A stretch of 64,000 bases of DNA from Waddlia chondrophila WSU 86-1044 (GCA_945882915.1 CAMCWV010000006.1:5076-69075); one strand, 5' to 3'. Shown: positions 53,883-62,435, numbered from the stretch's first letter. The notes: a model not told the origin generated them from the sequence alone. Program-made: numbers and translations.

Positions 53883-54677
53883 ATGAATAAATTGCTTTTG
53901 AACTGCCTGATGGCAGGGATAATGCTTCTAGGAGCGACTACTGGGTATGCGCAAACCGCAACTCCAGCAAAGAGCCAACAAGGTAGTGGTTATGACCGTC
54001 AAGGCAACCGCCTTTACGTCGGACCAAGATATGTTTCTTCTCGTACTGACTACGGTAGCTCAAAGAAGACAGGAACTGGTTTCGGTGGAAGCATTGGCTA
54101 TGATCACGAAATGAAAGGTGAGTGGTACTACGGTGCTGAACTCAACTACAACCGTCCTAAAGTAAAAAACCTGATCGGCGGCACAAAGAGCGAGTCTATA
54201 CAAGATTGGCAAGGTGCTCTTCGCTTCGGCTACACATGGGCGCTCGGTCAAGGGATCGTTACTCCTTTCGTTGGTCTTAGCTACGACTCAAGCCGCGTGA
54301 CAGTTGCTACAGGTCCTAAATCAAAACTTGCTAACTACCTCACAGAAGTCCAACTCGGGCTGCGCCTTAACTGGGAACTTTCTAAGAGTCTAGACATGGG
54401 TCTTAACCTTACTGGTGGATACGGCCTTGCAGGTAACGTCCGGCTTACTGGCGCGACATTCCTTTCATTAAAAGATGCAAAGCACAAGATTAAGAATGGT
54501 GTCTGGTCTGTAGCGGCAGAATTGCCAATCAGATGGCACCTTTCTGGCGCTATGGAGAACTGGGACATTACTTTAAGTCCTTTCTTTTCAGAGTCACGCA
54601 TGAGCTACAAACAATTCTCACAAGCAAACAAAACGTCTTACATGGGCGTTGAGATGCAAATCGGGTACATGTTCTAA
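53883..54677 (+). CDS. outer-membrane beta-barrel protein
   Basis: The start is moved to ATG 53883 (GGAGG upstream), giving the signal peptide MNKLLLNCLMAGIMLLGATTGYAQ. Alternating beta-strand patterns are rich in G/Y. The protein ends in ...MQIGYMF (C-terminal Phe). Confidence 0.75.
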   Translation: MNKLLLNCLMAGIMLLGATTGYAQTATPAKSQQGSGYDRQGNRLYVGPRYVSSRTDYGSSKKTGTGFGGSIGYDHEMKGEWYYGAELNYNRPKVKNLIGGTKSESIQDWQGALRFGYTWALGQGIVTPFVGLSYDSSRVTVATGPKSKLANYLTEVQLGLRLNWELSKSLDMGLNLTGGYGLAGNVRLTGATFLSLKDAKHKIKNGVWSVAAELPIRWHLSGAMENWDITLSPFFSESRMSYKQFSQANKTSYMGVEMQIGYMF

Positions 54678-54712
54678 CGAACATTTCCTGTAATTGGAAG
54701 TAGACAATTCGC

Positions 54713-54746
54713 GGCGAGACCATTTATTTGGTCTCGCCTTTTTTTT
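54713..54746 (+). terminator. rho-independent terminator after the OMP gene
   Basis: GGCGAGACC-ATTTATTT-GGTCTCGCC followed by T8. Confidence 0.8.
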
Positions 54747-54823
54747 CTCCAATGTAAAAAAGAAGATCTGTGATTTTCCTTTTCTCTTGTTTTTCTCTCA
54801 CACCTCTGTGTTTCAAAAATCCC

Positions 54824-54905
54824 GCCTTTTCAACTTCGAAGTGCGACAAAAGAGGAGTTCATTCTACCTTCATTGAAGACCTCCAAGTATTACAGCGATA
54901 TTTGT
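54824..54905 (-). mobile_element. IS30-family 3'-end remnant (inverted relative to 25912)
   Basis: The reverse complement reads ...ATACTTGGAGGTCTTCAATGAAGGTAGAATGAACTCCTCTTTTGTCGCACTTCGAAGTTGAAAAGG, nearly the same as 25930-25998. Confidence 0.65.
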
Positions 54906-55118
54906 AGTGGACTCGCCGATCTTTTTTAAGGTATATACTCCTCTTAGCTGTTGTTTTTGGTTAAAAAACACCTAGAGGTATCCGCCATCTCTGGCCACTT
55001 TAAATTTTAATCATTTTGTCGCACTTCACTGATGAAAGGGCCTCTTGAAAAAAGCCTGCGACCTGTCAATAATGGCAATATCTTACAATTTTTTATTACT
55101 CTTAGGGAGACCATTCAT

Positions 55119-55721
55119 ATGGCGAAGACAGACACCGAACAAAGCCCTTTAAGCCGCCTAGATGATAGGATCGACCTTGCCCTTCTCGATGCCCGTCGGC
55201 TTTTTCTGAATGGCGCTGTTGACGACGAGCTAATTAAAGACATCATCCGCAAGCTGTGGTACTTGGAACTAACAGCTCCAGGAAAGCCCATCACGCTTCT
55301 CATCAACTCCCCTGGGGGCTCCATCACAGCAGGGCTCGCTCTTTGGGATCAAATCAAAGCAATCTCTTCGCCTATTACAACAGTTGTAACGGGACTAGCG
55401 GCCTCTATGGGCTCTGTTTTAAGCCTTGCAGCCCCTCGTGGAAGACGTTTTGCTACACCTGCAGCCCGAATAATGATCCACCAGCCCCATATCTCAGGGG
55501 TGGTCAGAGGCCAAGCGACAGATCTAGAAATCCAAGCAAAAGAAATTAAACGTACCCATGCTGAGCTAGCAAGAATGTACGCAGAAGCAACAGGGCAACC
55601 TATTGAAGTGATTGAAAAAGCCCTCGACAGAGATACCTGGATGTCAGCAAAAGAAGCCAAAGACTTTGGCCTAATTGATCATATCGTTGTGACATTTAAA
55701 GACATCAGCAATGCTAAATAA
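55119..55721 (+). CDS. clpP: ATP-dependent Clp protease proteolytic subunit
   Basis: The start is moved to ATG 55119 (MAKTDTEQ...). Motifs are [23 protein letters not shown] (Ser), IMIHQP (His) and RDTWMSA. Confidence 0.93.
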   Translation: MAKTDTEQSPLSRLDDRIDLALLDARRLFLNGAVDDELIKDIIRKLWYLELTAPGKPITLLINSPGGSITAGLALWDQIKAISSPITTVVTGLAASMGSVLSLAAPRGRRFATPAARIMIHQPHISGVVRGQATDLEIQAKEIKRTHAELARMYAEATGQPIEVIEKALDRDTWMSAKEAKDFGLIDHIVVTFKDISNAK

Positions 55722-55743
55722 TACGTACAAGTAGCCTATCCCT

Positions 55744-56589
55744 ATGGGTAATGACCAAGGCAAAAAAGCAGCTGAGACACTTGTCATCCCCTTCTCTAAA
55801 TATGTTGGAACGGGAAATGACTTTATTCTCATCGACAACAGAGAAAAGATCTTTCCTGCACACAACCGGCTGACCATTCAGCGTCTGTGCCACCGTCAAT
55901 GTGGCATAGGGGCTGATGGGATCATCCTTTTAGAAAAGGGAAAGGCCGCAGACTTTGCCATGCGTACGCTAAATGCTGACGGCAGCGAAGCCGAGATGTG
56001 CGGAAATGGCATTCGGTGCTTAACGCGCTTTCTAGAAGGGCTTGGGATCCGCAAACCCCTTTATCACATTGAAAGTGGCGGCAAATTGATCAGCACAAGA
56101 CCCAAAGAAGAGGCCATTAGCGTCGATATGGGGGCCCCTTCAGATGTCCAATGGAACATCTCTATCCCTTTAAAAACAAATTCTTATGTCGGTCATTTTC
56201 TTAATACCGGCGTTCCTCATATCGTTATCTTTGTAGAGGCCGTTCAGGCGTTAAACATTAATGCCTTAGGGCGCGAAATTCGCTCCCATTCTCTTTTTCA
56301 GCCTAAAGGGACAAATGTAAATTTTGCTTCGATAACAGGAGTAAACGAAATTACTATCCGTACTTACGAAAGAGGAGTCGAAAGGGAAACTCTTGCCTGT
56401 GGCACTGGGGCTACGGCAACAGCACTTGCAGCCGCAACTACAAAAGGACTTGCCTCCCCTATCCGTATGAAGCTTCGCTCTGGTGAATCTTTAGAAATTG
56501 CGTTCTCTTCCAAAGGTGACACCTTTGAAGAAGTTACAATGACCGGCCCAGCAACGCTCGTTTATGAAGGAAGTTTTATAGTCGATTAA
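55744..56589 (+). CDS. dapF: diaminopimelate epimerase
   Basis: 281 aa with GTGNDFILID and both catalytic Cys contexts (EMCGNGIRC, LACGTGATA). It is adjacent to clpP as in Chlamydia. Confidence 0.92.
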   Translation: MGNDQGKKAAETLVIPFSKYVGTGNDFILIDNREKIFPAHNRLTIQRLCHRQCGIGADGIILLEKGKAADFAMRTLNADGSEAEMCGNGIRCLTRFLEGLGIRKPLYHIESGGKLISTRPKEEAISVDMGAPSDVQWNISIPLKTNSYVGHFLNTGVPHIVIFVEAVQALNINALGREIRSHSLFQPKGTNVNFASITGVNEITIRTYERGVERETLACGTGATATALAAATTKGLASPIRMKLRSGESLEIAFSSKGDTFEEVTMTGPATLVYEGSFIVD

Positions 56590-56800
56590 ATCTCAAATGA
56601 TAGGCTGAGATTTAATCGACTATAAATGTAAATAAAAATCCAAGCTCCGGACGGAGCGACAGGACTTAATTTGTGCCCTCCCCCTCTGGGGCTTCTAATT
56701 TATTTATATTGACCAGGGGTTGCATGTCTTCGGGCTAACGCCCTCGCATTCCACCGCCTGGCTAAGTCCAAGTGCCCCTCCGGGACACAATTTAAAATGT

Positions 56801-56873
56801 AGGGCGCTTGCGATCGTTCAGCCCCGGGGCTTTGGCGTCGTCCAAGTTCCCATTTTCAGCTACGAGGAGTATA
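56801..56873. repeat. family-A right half (inner-palindrome arm + right terminus)
   Basis: AGGGCGCTTGCGATCGTTCAGCCCCGGGGCTTTGGCGTCGTCCAAGTTCCCATTTTCAGCTACGAGGAGTATA. Confidence 0.85.
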
Positions 56874-57024
56874 TCTTGTAGAAGATAAAAAAAGCTTCCA
56901 AAGTGGTGGTCATGAGGACCAGTCATGACCGCTACTCCAAGACCTGAGGAGAGTAGTGGGACGCACTCTGGAAGCTGGGATGGAATCAAGTTCCGATTCT
57001 TTTATGCATTCTGCGTGCCAAACA

Positions 57025-57092
57025 TATACTCCGCTTAGCTGAAAACGGGAATTTGGACGGTGCCAAAGCCCCGTTTTCAGCTAAGCAGAGTA
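57025..57092. repeat. family-A element (minimal ~70-bp form, right terminus slightly degenerate)
   Basis: TATACTCCGCTTAGCTGAAAACGGGAATTTGGACGGTGCCAAAGCCCCGTTTTCAGCTAAGCAGAGTA. Confidence 0.85.
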
Positions 57093-57199
57093 AAGATTCA
57101 AAACAAAGAAAGATTCGAGTTCGTTGAAAATAAAGGGGAAACAAGGGTATTCTCTCATCTTCTTACTTGCCGCTTTAATAGCTATTTAGACAGGTTCCC

Positions 57200-58468
57200 A
57201 TGGTAAAAAAAACAAAACTTGCCCAAAATCCACTTATTTTACGCCTTTACCGGTTGATAGATGTCTTTTTTTCCAAGTCGGATGATGAGCGCGATTTTTA
57301 TCTTGATACCCACGAAGGTTTTATTATTTTTGCTGATCTCGACAAAAATCAAGAAGACTTGGATCCCCTTTTTAAAGAATTAAAAGATGATCCTGAAAGA
57401 TATTGCCTCATTCCAAAACTAACTTTCTATGAAATCAAAAAAATCATGGAAGGTTTTACAAATGAAAAAGTCTACGATATCGACACCAAAGAAAAGCTTC
57501 TTGATATTATCCAATCAAAAGAGCCCAGAGAGCGCTTTTTAGAGTTCATTTACGACCACCACACCGAACTTGAAAAGTGGCAGCAATACTTCCAAGAGCG
57601 TTCACGTATTCGCATCATCGAATGGCTAACGCAAATCAAATGGCCAGGAGAAAGCGAAAAACCGACCAACCACCACCATCCCTTTGTCTTTGAAGAAGAT
57701 CTTGACCTCACAAAGCATCTGATCGAAAAACTAAAAGAAAATCTATTCGAAGTAAAAGTTCTTAAAGAGATCGCTGCAGCAAGACTGCAACTTCTTCATA
57801 AAGCCAAGACTTACTACTCCCAGGAGGCATTGAATCCCCGTCCAAAGCGAGGCCGCCCTCCTAAACAAGCTGTAAAAATCGACCTTGAGCCTGTTATGAC
57901 AGCAGATATCCCCCTTACGCTCCCTCTTGCAGTAAAGCGCTTTCTGTATAGCCCCACTATTATGAGCGCTTCTGACCTCATTTTTTCAGACAAATACGAA
58001 AACGAACAAGGGTTCCTTGCTGCTTTGCGCGCAACGCCAAAGACAGAGCAAACTTCTAGGCTTGAAGCGCTATCAGAAAGGCTTGCGACACTCCGCACAT
58101 TATCAACTAGCCTCTCCACTAATTTAGCGCCTAAAGGGGGCCCTCTTTTAAGAGAAAACTCCATAAAGTCTCCCTCTAGAGGCTCTTCTTTAAATTCGCA
58201 TAATGGATTTACTGCATCAGGGATGGGAGAAAGATCCGCTAAAGCAGCTCAAAAGGCACTTGCCCAAGAGCCACCTCCCAAGGCAAGAAAACGGGGACGC
58301 CCATGCAAAGAGGAAACAAAGCCTGCGGCAAGTTACGAACAAGCGGGAAAGGCAGTTTCGAAAAAATCTATGCCAGCAAAAAAGCTCTCAGGAAAAGCCA
58401 TTCCAAACAAAACGCCTCCAACAAAACAAGCGCTTGCAGGTGCGTCCTCATCCAAAGGACGTAAATAA
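57200..58468 (+). CDS. hypothetical protein with two C-terminal AT-hook motifs
   Basis: 422 aa. A structured N-terminal ~200 aa is followed by a Ser/Ala/Lys/Pro-rich tail. The tail contains PRPKRGRPPKQA and KARKRGRPCKEE (RGRP AT-hook cores flanked by basic residues). Confidence 0.65.
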   Translation: MVKKTKLAQNPLILRLYRLIDVFFSKSDDERDFYLDTHEGFIIFADLDKNQEDLDPLFKELKDDPERYCLIPKLTFYEIKKIMEGFTNEKVYDIDTKEKLLDIIQSKEPRERFLEFIYDHHTELEKWQQYFQERSRIRIIEWLTQIKWPGESEKPTNHHHPFVFEEDLDLTKHLIEKLKENLFEVKVLKEIAAARLQLLHKAKTYYSQEALNPRPKRGRPPKQAVKIDLEPVMTADIPLTLPLAVKRFLYSPTIMSASDLIFSDKYENEQGFLAALRATPKTEQTSRLEALSERLATLRTLSTSLSTNLAPKGGPLLRENSIKSPSRGSSLNSHNGFTASGMGERSAKAAQKALAQEPPPKARKRGRPCKEETKPAASYEQAGKAVSKKSMPAKKLSGKAIPNKTPPTKQALAGASSSKGRK

Positions 58469-58504
58469 ATAGAAGCTCAGGCCACAAGACGGTCTGAGCT
58501 TCTT

Positions 58505-58800
58505 ATATACTCCTCGTAGCTGAAAACGGGAATTTGGGCTAGCGCGAAAGCTCCCGCGGCTGAACGATCGTAAGAGCCTTAGTATTAGAAATACAAAGGG
58601 CACTTGCGATCGTTCAGCCCCGGGGTTTTGGCGCCGCCCAAGTCCCCATTTTCAACTACGAGGAGTATATACTCCGCTTAGCTGAAAACGGGAATTTGGG
58701 CTAGCGCGAAAGCTCCCGCGGCTGAACGATCGTAAGAGCCTTAGTATTAGAAATACAAAGGGCACTTGCGATCGTTCAGCCCCGGGGTTTTGGCGCCGTC
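58505..58800. repeat. two tandem family-A ~165-bp copies (second lacks its right terminus)
   Basis: Copy 1 is at 58505-58669 and copy 2 at 58668-58800. Both carry private variants (GAACGATCGTAAGAGCC, GGGGTTTTGG) not seen in other copies. Confidence 0.9.
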
Positions 58801-58884
58801 GATAGGATGAAAAAGAAAAGGCTTTAATGGTAGCGAAAAGGAGTTAAAAGTAAAAACAGAGCTACAAAGAACAGCTCTGCAAAC

Positions 58885-59481
58885 TTATTTATTAACTTTT
58901 GCGCTTGTCATCTCTAGAAGCTCAGGGATCGTCTGCACTACAGGATCGGTGAGCGCTTGAGTTTTTGGATCGGCGTAGTAATAAAACACTTTGCCGTCTG
59001 CAACCCGCACCTGAGCAAGCGCAGGGTTAAGATAACGATCGTTTTTTGCATCCCAAAAAGCGAGCTTTATCCCTATCCGCTCTGGAAGAGGCGGTGTTGG
59101 GTTGTGAACATACGTGTCGGTTTGTTTTAAGTATTCAAGAAAAGCTGGATGATTCGTTGCCTTATCAAGAAGAGTGTTAAAAATGACAGCAATAATCGGA
59201 CGCACTTCTTCAATGGTCATCCGCCTGTGATCAACAAAACTCAGAGCAAACCCTACCCCTTGAGAATGAGCAACATCGAGAATTCCACTACATGCCAAAA
59301 GAAGATCTATCTGATTTTCTTTAGCAAGTGATTTTCCTGTAGACTCAAGCTCCTTTTCCATCCGCTGCTCCCACAAAGGGCCTGCATAAACTTTAGCGCC
59401 GCCAAAAAAAGTCAATGCACAAATAATCAAAGCTTGCAGGTATTTCAAGACTTGTAGGTATTTTTTTTGTACGTATTTCAC
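58885..59481 (-). CDS. hypothetical secreted protein
   Basis: 198 aa with an N-terminal hydrophobic signal-like segment (LQALIICALTFFGGAKVYAG). I recognise no family. The start is GTG in the track. Confidence 0.5.
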   Translation of the reverse strand: MKYVQKKYLQVLKYLQALIICALTFFGGAKVYAGPLWEQRMEKELESTGKSLAKENQIDLLLACSGILDVAHSQGVGFALSFVDHRRMTIEEVRPIIAVIFNTLLDKATNHPAFLEYLKQTDTYVHNPTPPLPERIGIKLAFWDAKNDRYLNPALAQVRVADGKVFYYYADPKTQALTDPVVQTIPELLEMTSAKVNK

Positions 59482-59788
59482 AGCTTTATCCCATCTATTT
59501 TTACAACTATCCGTAAGGCCACTGCAATACCAGATGTAAAATCATAGCGCCCGATCTATTGGAAAGCAAATCCAAATAAAAAGCGGCCCAAAAGAATCCG
59601 AAAATCGATCGAAACTTTTTACTGGGATAGGTTTAATATACAGGGCGCTATAAAATAATCTTAAAAAAACTCAGCTTTAACTGCATCTAAAAGCCTAGTG
59701 GTCGGTTAACATTCAAATTGCGGGTGCGCTAGCGCGAAAGCTGCGGAATTCCCACGATCGCAAGTGCCATAGTATTAGAAATACAAAG

Positions 59789-60003
59789 CCCAGATTGAGC
59801 AGTTTGCAGAAATAAAATTCTGATTTATAGTGATCCTCCATGAATTCTGCAACAGGGAGAGTCAGAATGGGTATGCATGCACAAGTAGAGCGGTTAGATC
59901 ATTTAGGCGTCATTGCTGCTGTGAAAAAAAATCTATCGCCTAGATCTTGAACCTGCTCCAACCTGTTGAAAGCATATTCTCAACGCGAATTGCTCCATCT
60001 AGG
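59789..60003 (+). mobile_element. internally deleted IS remnant (mini-IS): both ends plus ~20 codons of a transposase N-terminus
   Basis: The left end CCCAGATTGAGCAGTTTGC and the inverted right end (revcomp CCTAGATGGAGCAATTCGC) match at about 15/19 positions. ATG 59867 gives MGMHAQVERLDHLGVIAAV..., which resembles the DUF4277-type N-terminus of IS4/IS1634-group transposases. It is preceded (59727-59788) by a degenerate family-A inner fragment. Confidence 0.6.
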
Positions 60004-60161
60004 TAAGAAGACTTCGGCGCAGAGAATCGGTTAGATTAGATAGGACAAGGATTAGCCCGGGACGATCAAATAGCACCATTACACAAGACCAATCTTTACC
60101 TCAACTATGCCTTTAAGCTAAACTGTCACCACCTTATTTCTTATACTAAAGAATATTTAGC

Positions 60162-61184
60162 ATGGACCTGAAAAACAAGCGAATTATCATTAGCAAAACG
60201 AATCAAATTGGCGATGTCACTTTCAGCCTGCCGATGGCAAGCGCGCTAAAAAAACTCGAACCTAGTTGCCAGGTTATCTTTTTAGCGCGGGAATATACGA
60301 GAGCGCTTATTGAACAATACAGCGATGTAGATGAATTTTCTGACTATGAATCAATCGTAAAAGGGGGCATGGACTCCCTTGTTAAAGGATTAAAAGAGCT
60401 TCGCGCTGATATTTTTATTCATGTCATCCATGAACCAACAATCAGTAAGGCCGCTAAAATGGCCGAAATCCCCATCCGAATTGGCACCTGCCGGCGCCTG
60501 ATCAATTGGGTTACCTGTAACCGATTTGTAAACATCTCTCGTAGATGCTCCCGCCTGCACGAAACGCAGCTAGACATGCACTTTCTTAGACCACTTGGCG
60601 GCAAGTCTCTCTACTCGCTTAAAGAGATTATCGAGCTGCAACACTACAAACCGCTACAACAAAAAGGGTCCATTTCAACCCTTCTCAACACCAACAAATT
60701 CAACCTAATTTTGCACCCCAAGACTCGTGGAGAGCACATTGAATGGCCTCCTGAGCACTTTGCGAGACTCATTCAATTACTACCTCCAGAGACGTTCCAG
60801 ATCTTTGTCACTGGCAATGCTAAAGAAGGAGCTCAAGTTAGGGCCTCTATGCTCACCCCTTTTCCCCATGTCGTCGACCTATGTGGCAAGCTCTCATTCA
60901 ACGAGCTGCTGCACTTTATTGCAGGGGCTGATGGGATGATTTGTGCATCGACAGGTCCTGTACACTTAGCGGCAAACTTTGGCATTAATACGCTAGGGCT
61001 CTATGCTCCTATTCGCCCTTTAGATGCTGGTAGATGGGGGCCTGTGGGACCAAAAGCTGAGGTCTTAGCCCTCAAGAAAAACTGTAGTGCTTGTCGTAAA
61101 GTTAAAAAATGCCACTGCATCGCAGAGATTACCGTAGATCAAGTTTACGCAGTCGTCTCTCGATGGGAAGGTAGCCGCCGCTAA
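60162..61184 (+). CDS. glycosyltransferase family 9 (LPS heptosyltransferase-like)
   Basis: 340 aa. The N-terminal RIIISKTNQIGDVTFSLPMASALKK follows the GT9 pattern (..r.lGD.l...P....Lk), and the C-terminal GADGMICASTGPVHLAANFG follows (d.G..HlAaa.g). Confidence 0.7.
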   Translation: MDLKNKRIIISKTNQIGDVTFSLPMASALKKLEPSCQVIFLAREYTRALIEQYSDVDEFSDYESIVKGGMDSLVKGLKELRADIFIHVIHEPTISKAAKMAEIPIRIGTCRRLINWVTCNRFVNISRRCSRLHETQLDMHFLRPLGGKSLYSLKEIIELQHYKPLQQKGSISTLLNTNKFNLILHPKTRGEHIEWPPEHFARLIQLLPPETFQIFVTGNAKEGAQVRASMLTPFPHVVDLCGKLSFNELLHFIAGADGMICASTGPVHLAANFGINTLGLYAPIRPLDAGRWGPVGPKAEVLALKKNCSACRKVKKCHCIAEITVDQVYAVVSRWEGSRR

Positions 61185-61209
61185 AAGTTATTAACCAAAA
61201 GGAAATCAC

Positions 61210-61899
61210 ATGGGAAAAGACACAGAAAAACAACCACAAGTCAAACCTCTTTTTAGCAAAGAAGACCTAACCGAAGGCTCTGGCACTGCAGCGCGCAGTG
61301 GGGACATTGTTACCGTACACTATACAGGCACGCTAACTAACGGGAAAAAATTCGACAGCTCTCTTGATCGCGATGAACCCTTTGACTTTGTCCTTGGCGC
61401 AGGCGAGGTTATTGAAGGGTGGGACAAGGGTGTTGCTGGAATGAAAGTTGGCGGCAAGCGTAAGCTAACAATCCCTTCTGAGCTTGGTTATGGAGCCAGC
61501 GGCGCAGGTGACGACATTCCACCCCATGCTACGCTACTTTTCACTGTTGAACTTTTGTCTGTAGCGGCAGCACCAACAGTGACGAAGGAAGAGTTAACTG
61601 TAGGAACCGGGCCTGTGGCAAAAAGCGGAAAAATGATTAAAGTGCACTACACAGGTACATTAATTGATGGAAAAAAATTCGATAGCTCTCTTGATCGCAA
61701 AGAGCCTTTAGAGTTCAGGCTCGGAATAGGCCAGGTCATTAAAGGCTGGGACATGGGCGTTGCTGGAATGAAAGTTGGCGGCAAGCGCAAGCTCACAATC
61801 CCTCCAGAACTTGGTTATGGAGCCAGTGGCGCCGGCGGAGTCATCCCCCCAAACGCCACGCTCATATTCACCGTCGAGCTAATGGCTGTCTCTTCCTAA
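61210..61899 (+). CDS. FKBP-type peptidyl-prolyl isomerase with two tandem FKBP domains
   Basis: 229 aa. Two copies of VHYTGTL.{2}[12 protein letters not shown].{1}[46 protein letters not shown]. Confidence 0.92.
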   Translation: MGKDTEKQPQVKPLFSKEDLTEGSGTAARSGDIVTVHYTGTLTNGKKFDSSLDRDEPFDFVLGAGEVIEGWDKGVAGMKVGGKRKLTIPSELGYGASGAGDDIPPHATLLFTVELLSVAAAPTVTKEELTVGTGPVAKSGKMIKVHYTGTLIDGKKFDSSLDRKEPLEFRLGIGQVIKGWDMGVAGMKVGGKRKLTIPPELGYGASGAGGVIPPNATLIFTVELMAVSS

Positions 61900-61916
61900 C
61901 GCCAGGTCACAATTGC

Positions 61917-61945
61917 AATTCCCGTTTTCAGCTATTAGGAGTATA
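61917..61945. repeat. solo family-A right terminus
   Basis: AATTCCCGTTTTCAGCTATTAGGAGTATA. Confidence 0.8.
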
Positions 61946-62206
61946 TTTAAGGATCGAGCATCGCTCGATCTTTGGAGTGCTGGGACAAGTCCAACGCTTT
62001 CACCACTCCTCGACATGTCGAGGAGTGTACGCGCTTGTTGGGTTAGTAAAGCGTAGCAGTCCACCACATCGTACGCCGGGACATGTCGAGTCCACTCAGC
62101 CTTAGTAAGCGAGAGTTTCGTACAGTCCTCGACATGTCGAGAACTGGTGAAAGCGTTGGACAAGTCCCAGCACTCCAAAGAGCTTCGCTTACGCTCGCTC
62201 CTTAAA
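61946..62206. repeat. family-E large inverted-repeat element (~260 bp) with internal GACATGTC palindromes
   Basis: The arms TTTGGAGTGCTGGGACAAGTCCAACGCTTTCACCA and TGGTGAAAGCGTTGGACAAGTCCCAGCACTCCAAA are inverted copies with 2 central mismatches. Inside are CTCCTCGACATGTCGAGGAG, CCGGGACATGTCGAG and TCCTCGACATGTCGAGA. Confidence 0.8.
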
Positions 62207-62278
62207 TATACTCCTCGTAGTTGAAAACGGGAGTTTGGGCTAGCGCGAAAGCTCCCGTTTTCAACTACGAGGAGTATA
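62207..62278. repeat. family-A element (minimal ~70-bp form)
   Basis: TATACTCCTCGTAGTTGAAAACGGGAGTTTGGGCTAGCGCGAAAGCTCCCGTTTTCAACTACGAGGAGTATA. Confidence 0.92.
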
Positions 62279-62435
62279 TTTGTCGTGTCGGCAGTCTTTT
62301 TGAAGCTCGGCAGCTCTCTTATTGTTAAAACAAAGAATCTCTTAGCTTTTTCATAGCATTAAACAAGACTTCTCGGCTATTTTTCCAACAGCAGAAAGAA
62401 TGACTTTTCTTCAAACAACTGACTTCGCAGGTATT

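Noticed and set aside
56640-56800. Candidate SRP RNA, tmRNA or 6S RNA in the dapF downstream spacer.
   Set aside because: I could not find the conserved SRP domain-IV motifs, a tRNA-like end or tag ORF for tmRNA, or a 6S-like long bulged helix. I keep it only as a low-interest unassigned region.
406-62278. Treating the invariant flanking TA of family A as a proven target-site duplication (IS630/Tc1-like).
   Set aside because: The evidence conflicts. Abutting copies overlap by exactly TA, which is consistent with TA targeting. However, the one testable empty-site reconstruction (20567-20730) restores the reading frame only if both TAs are removed. Empty-site alleles from other strains are needed.
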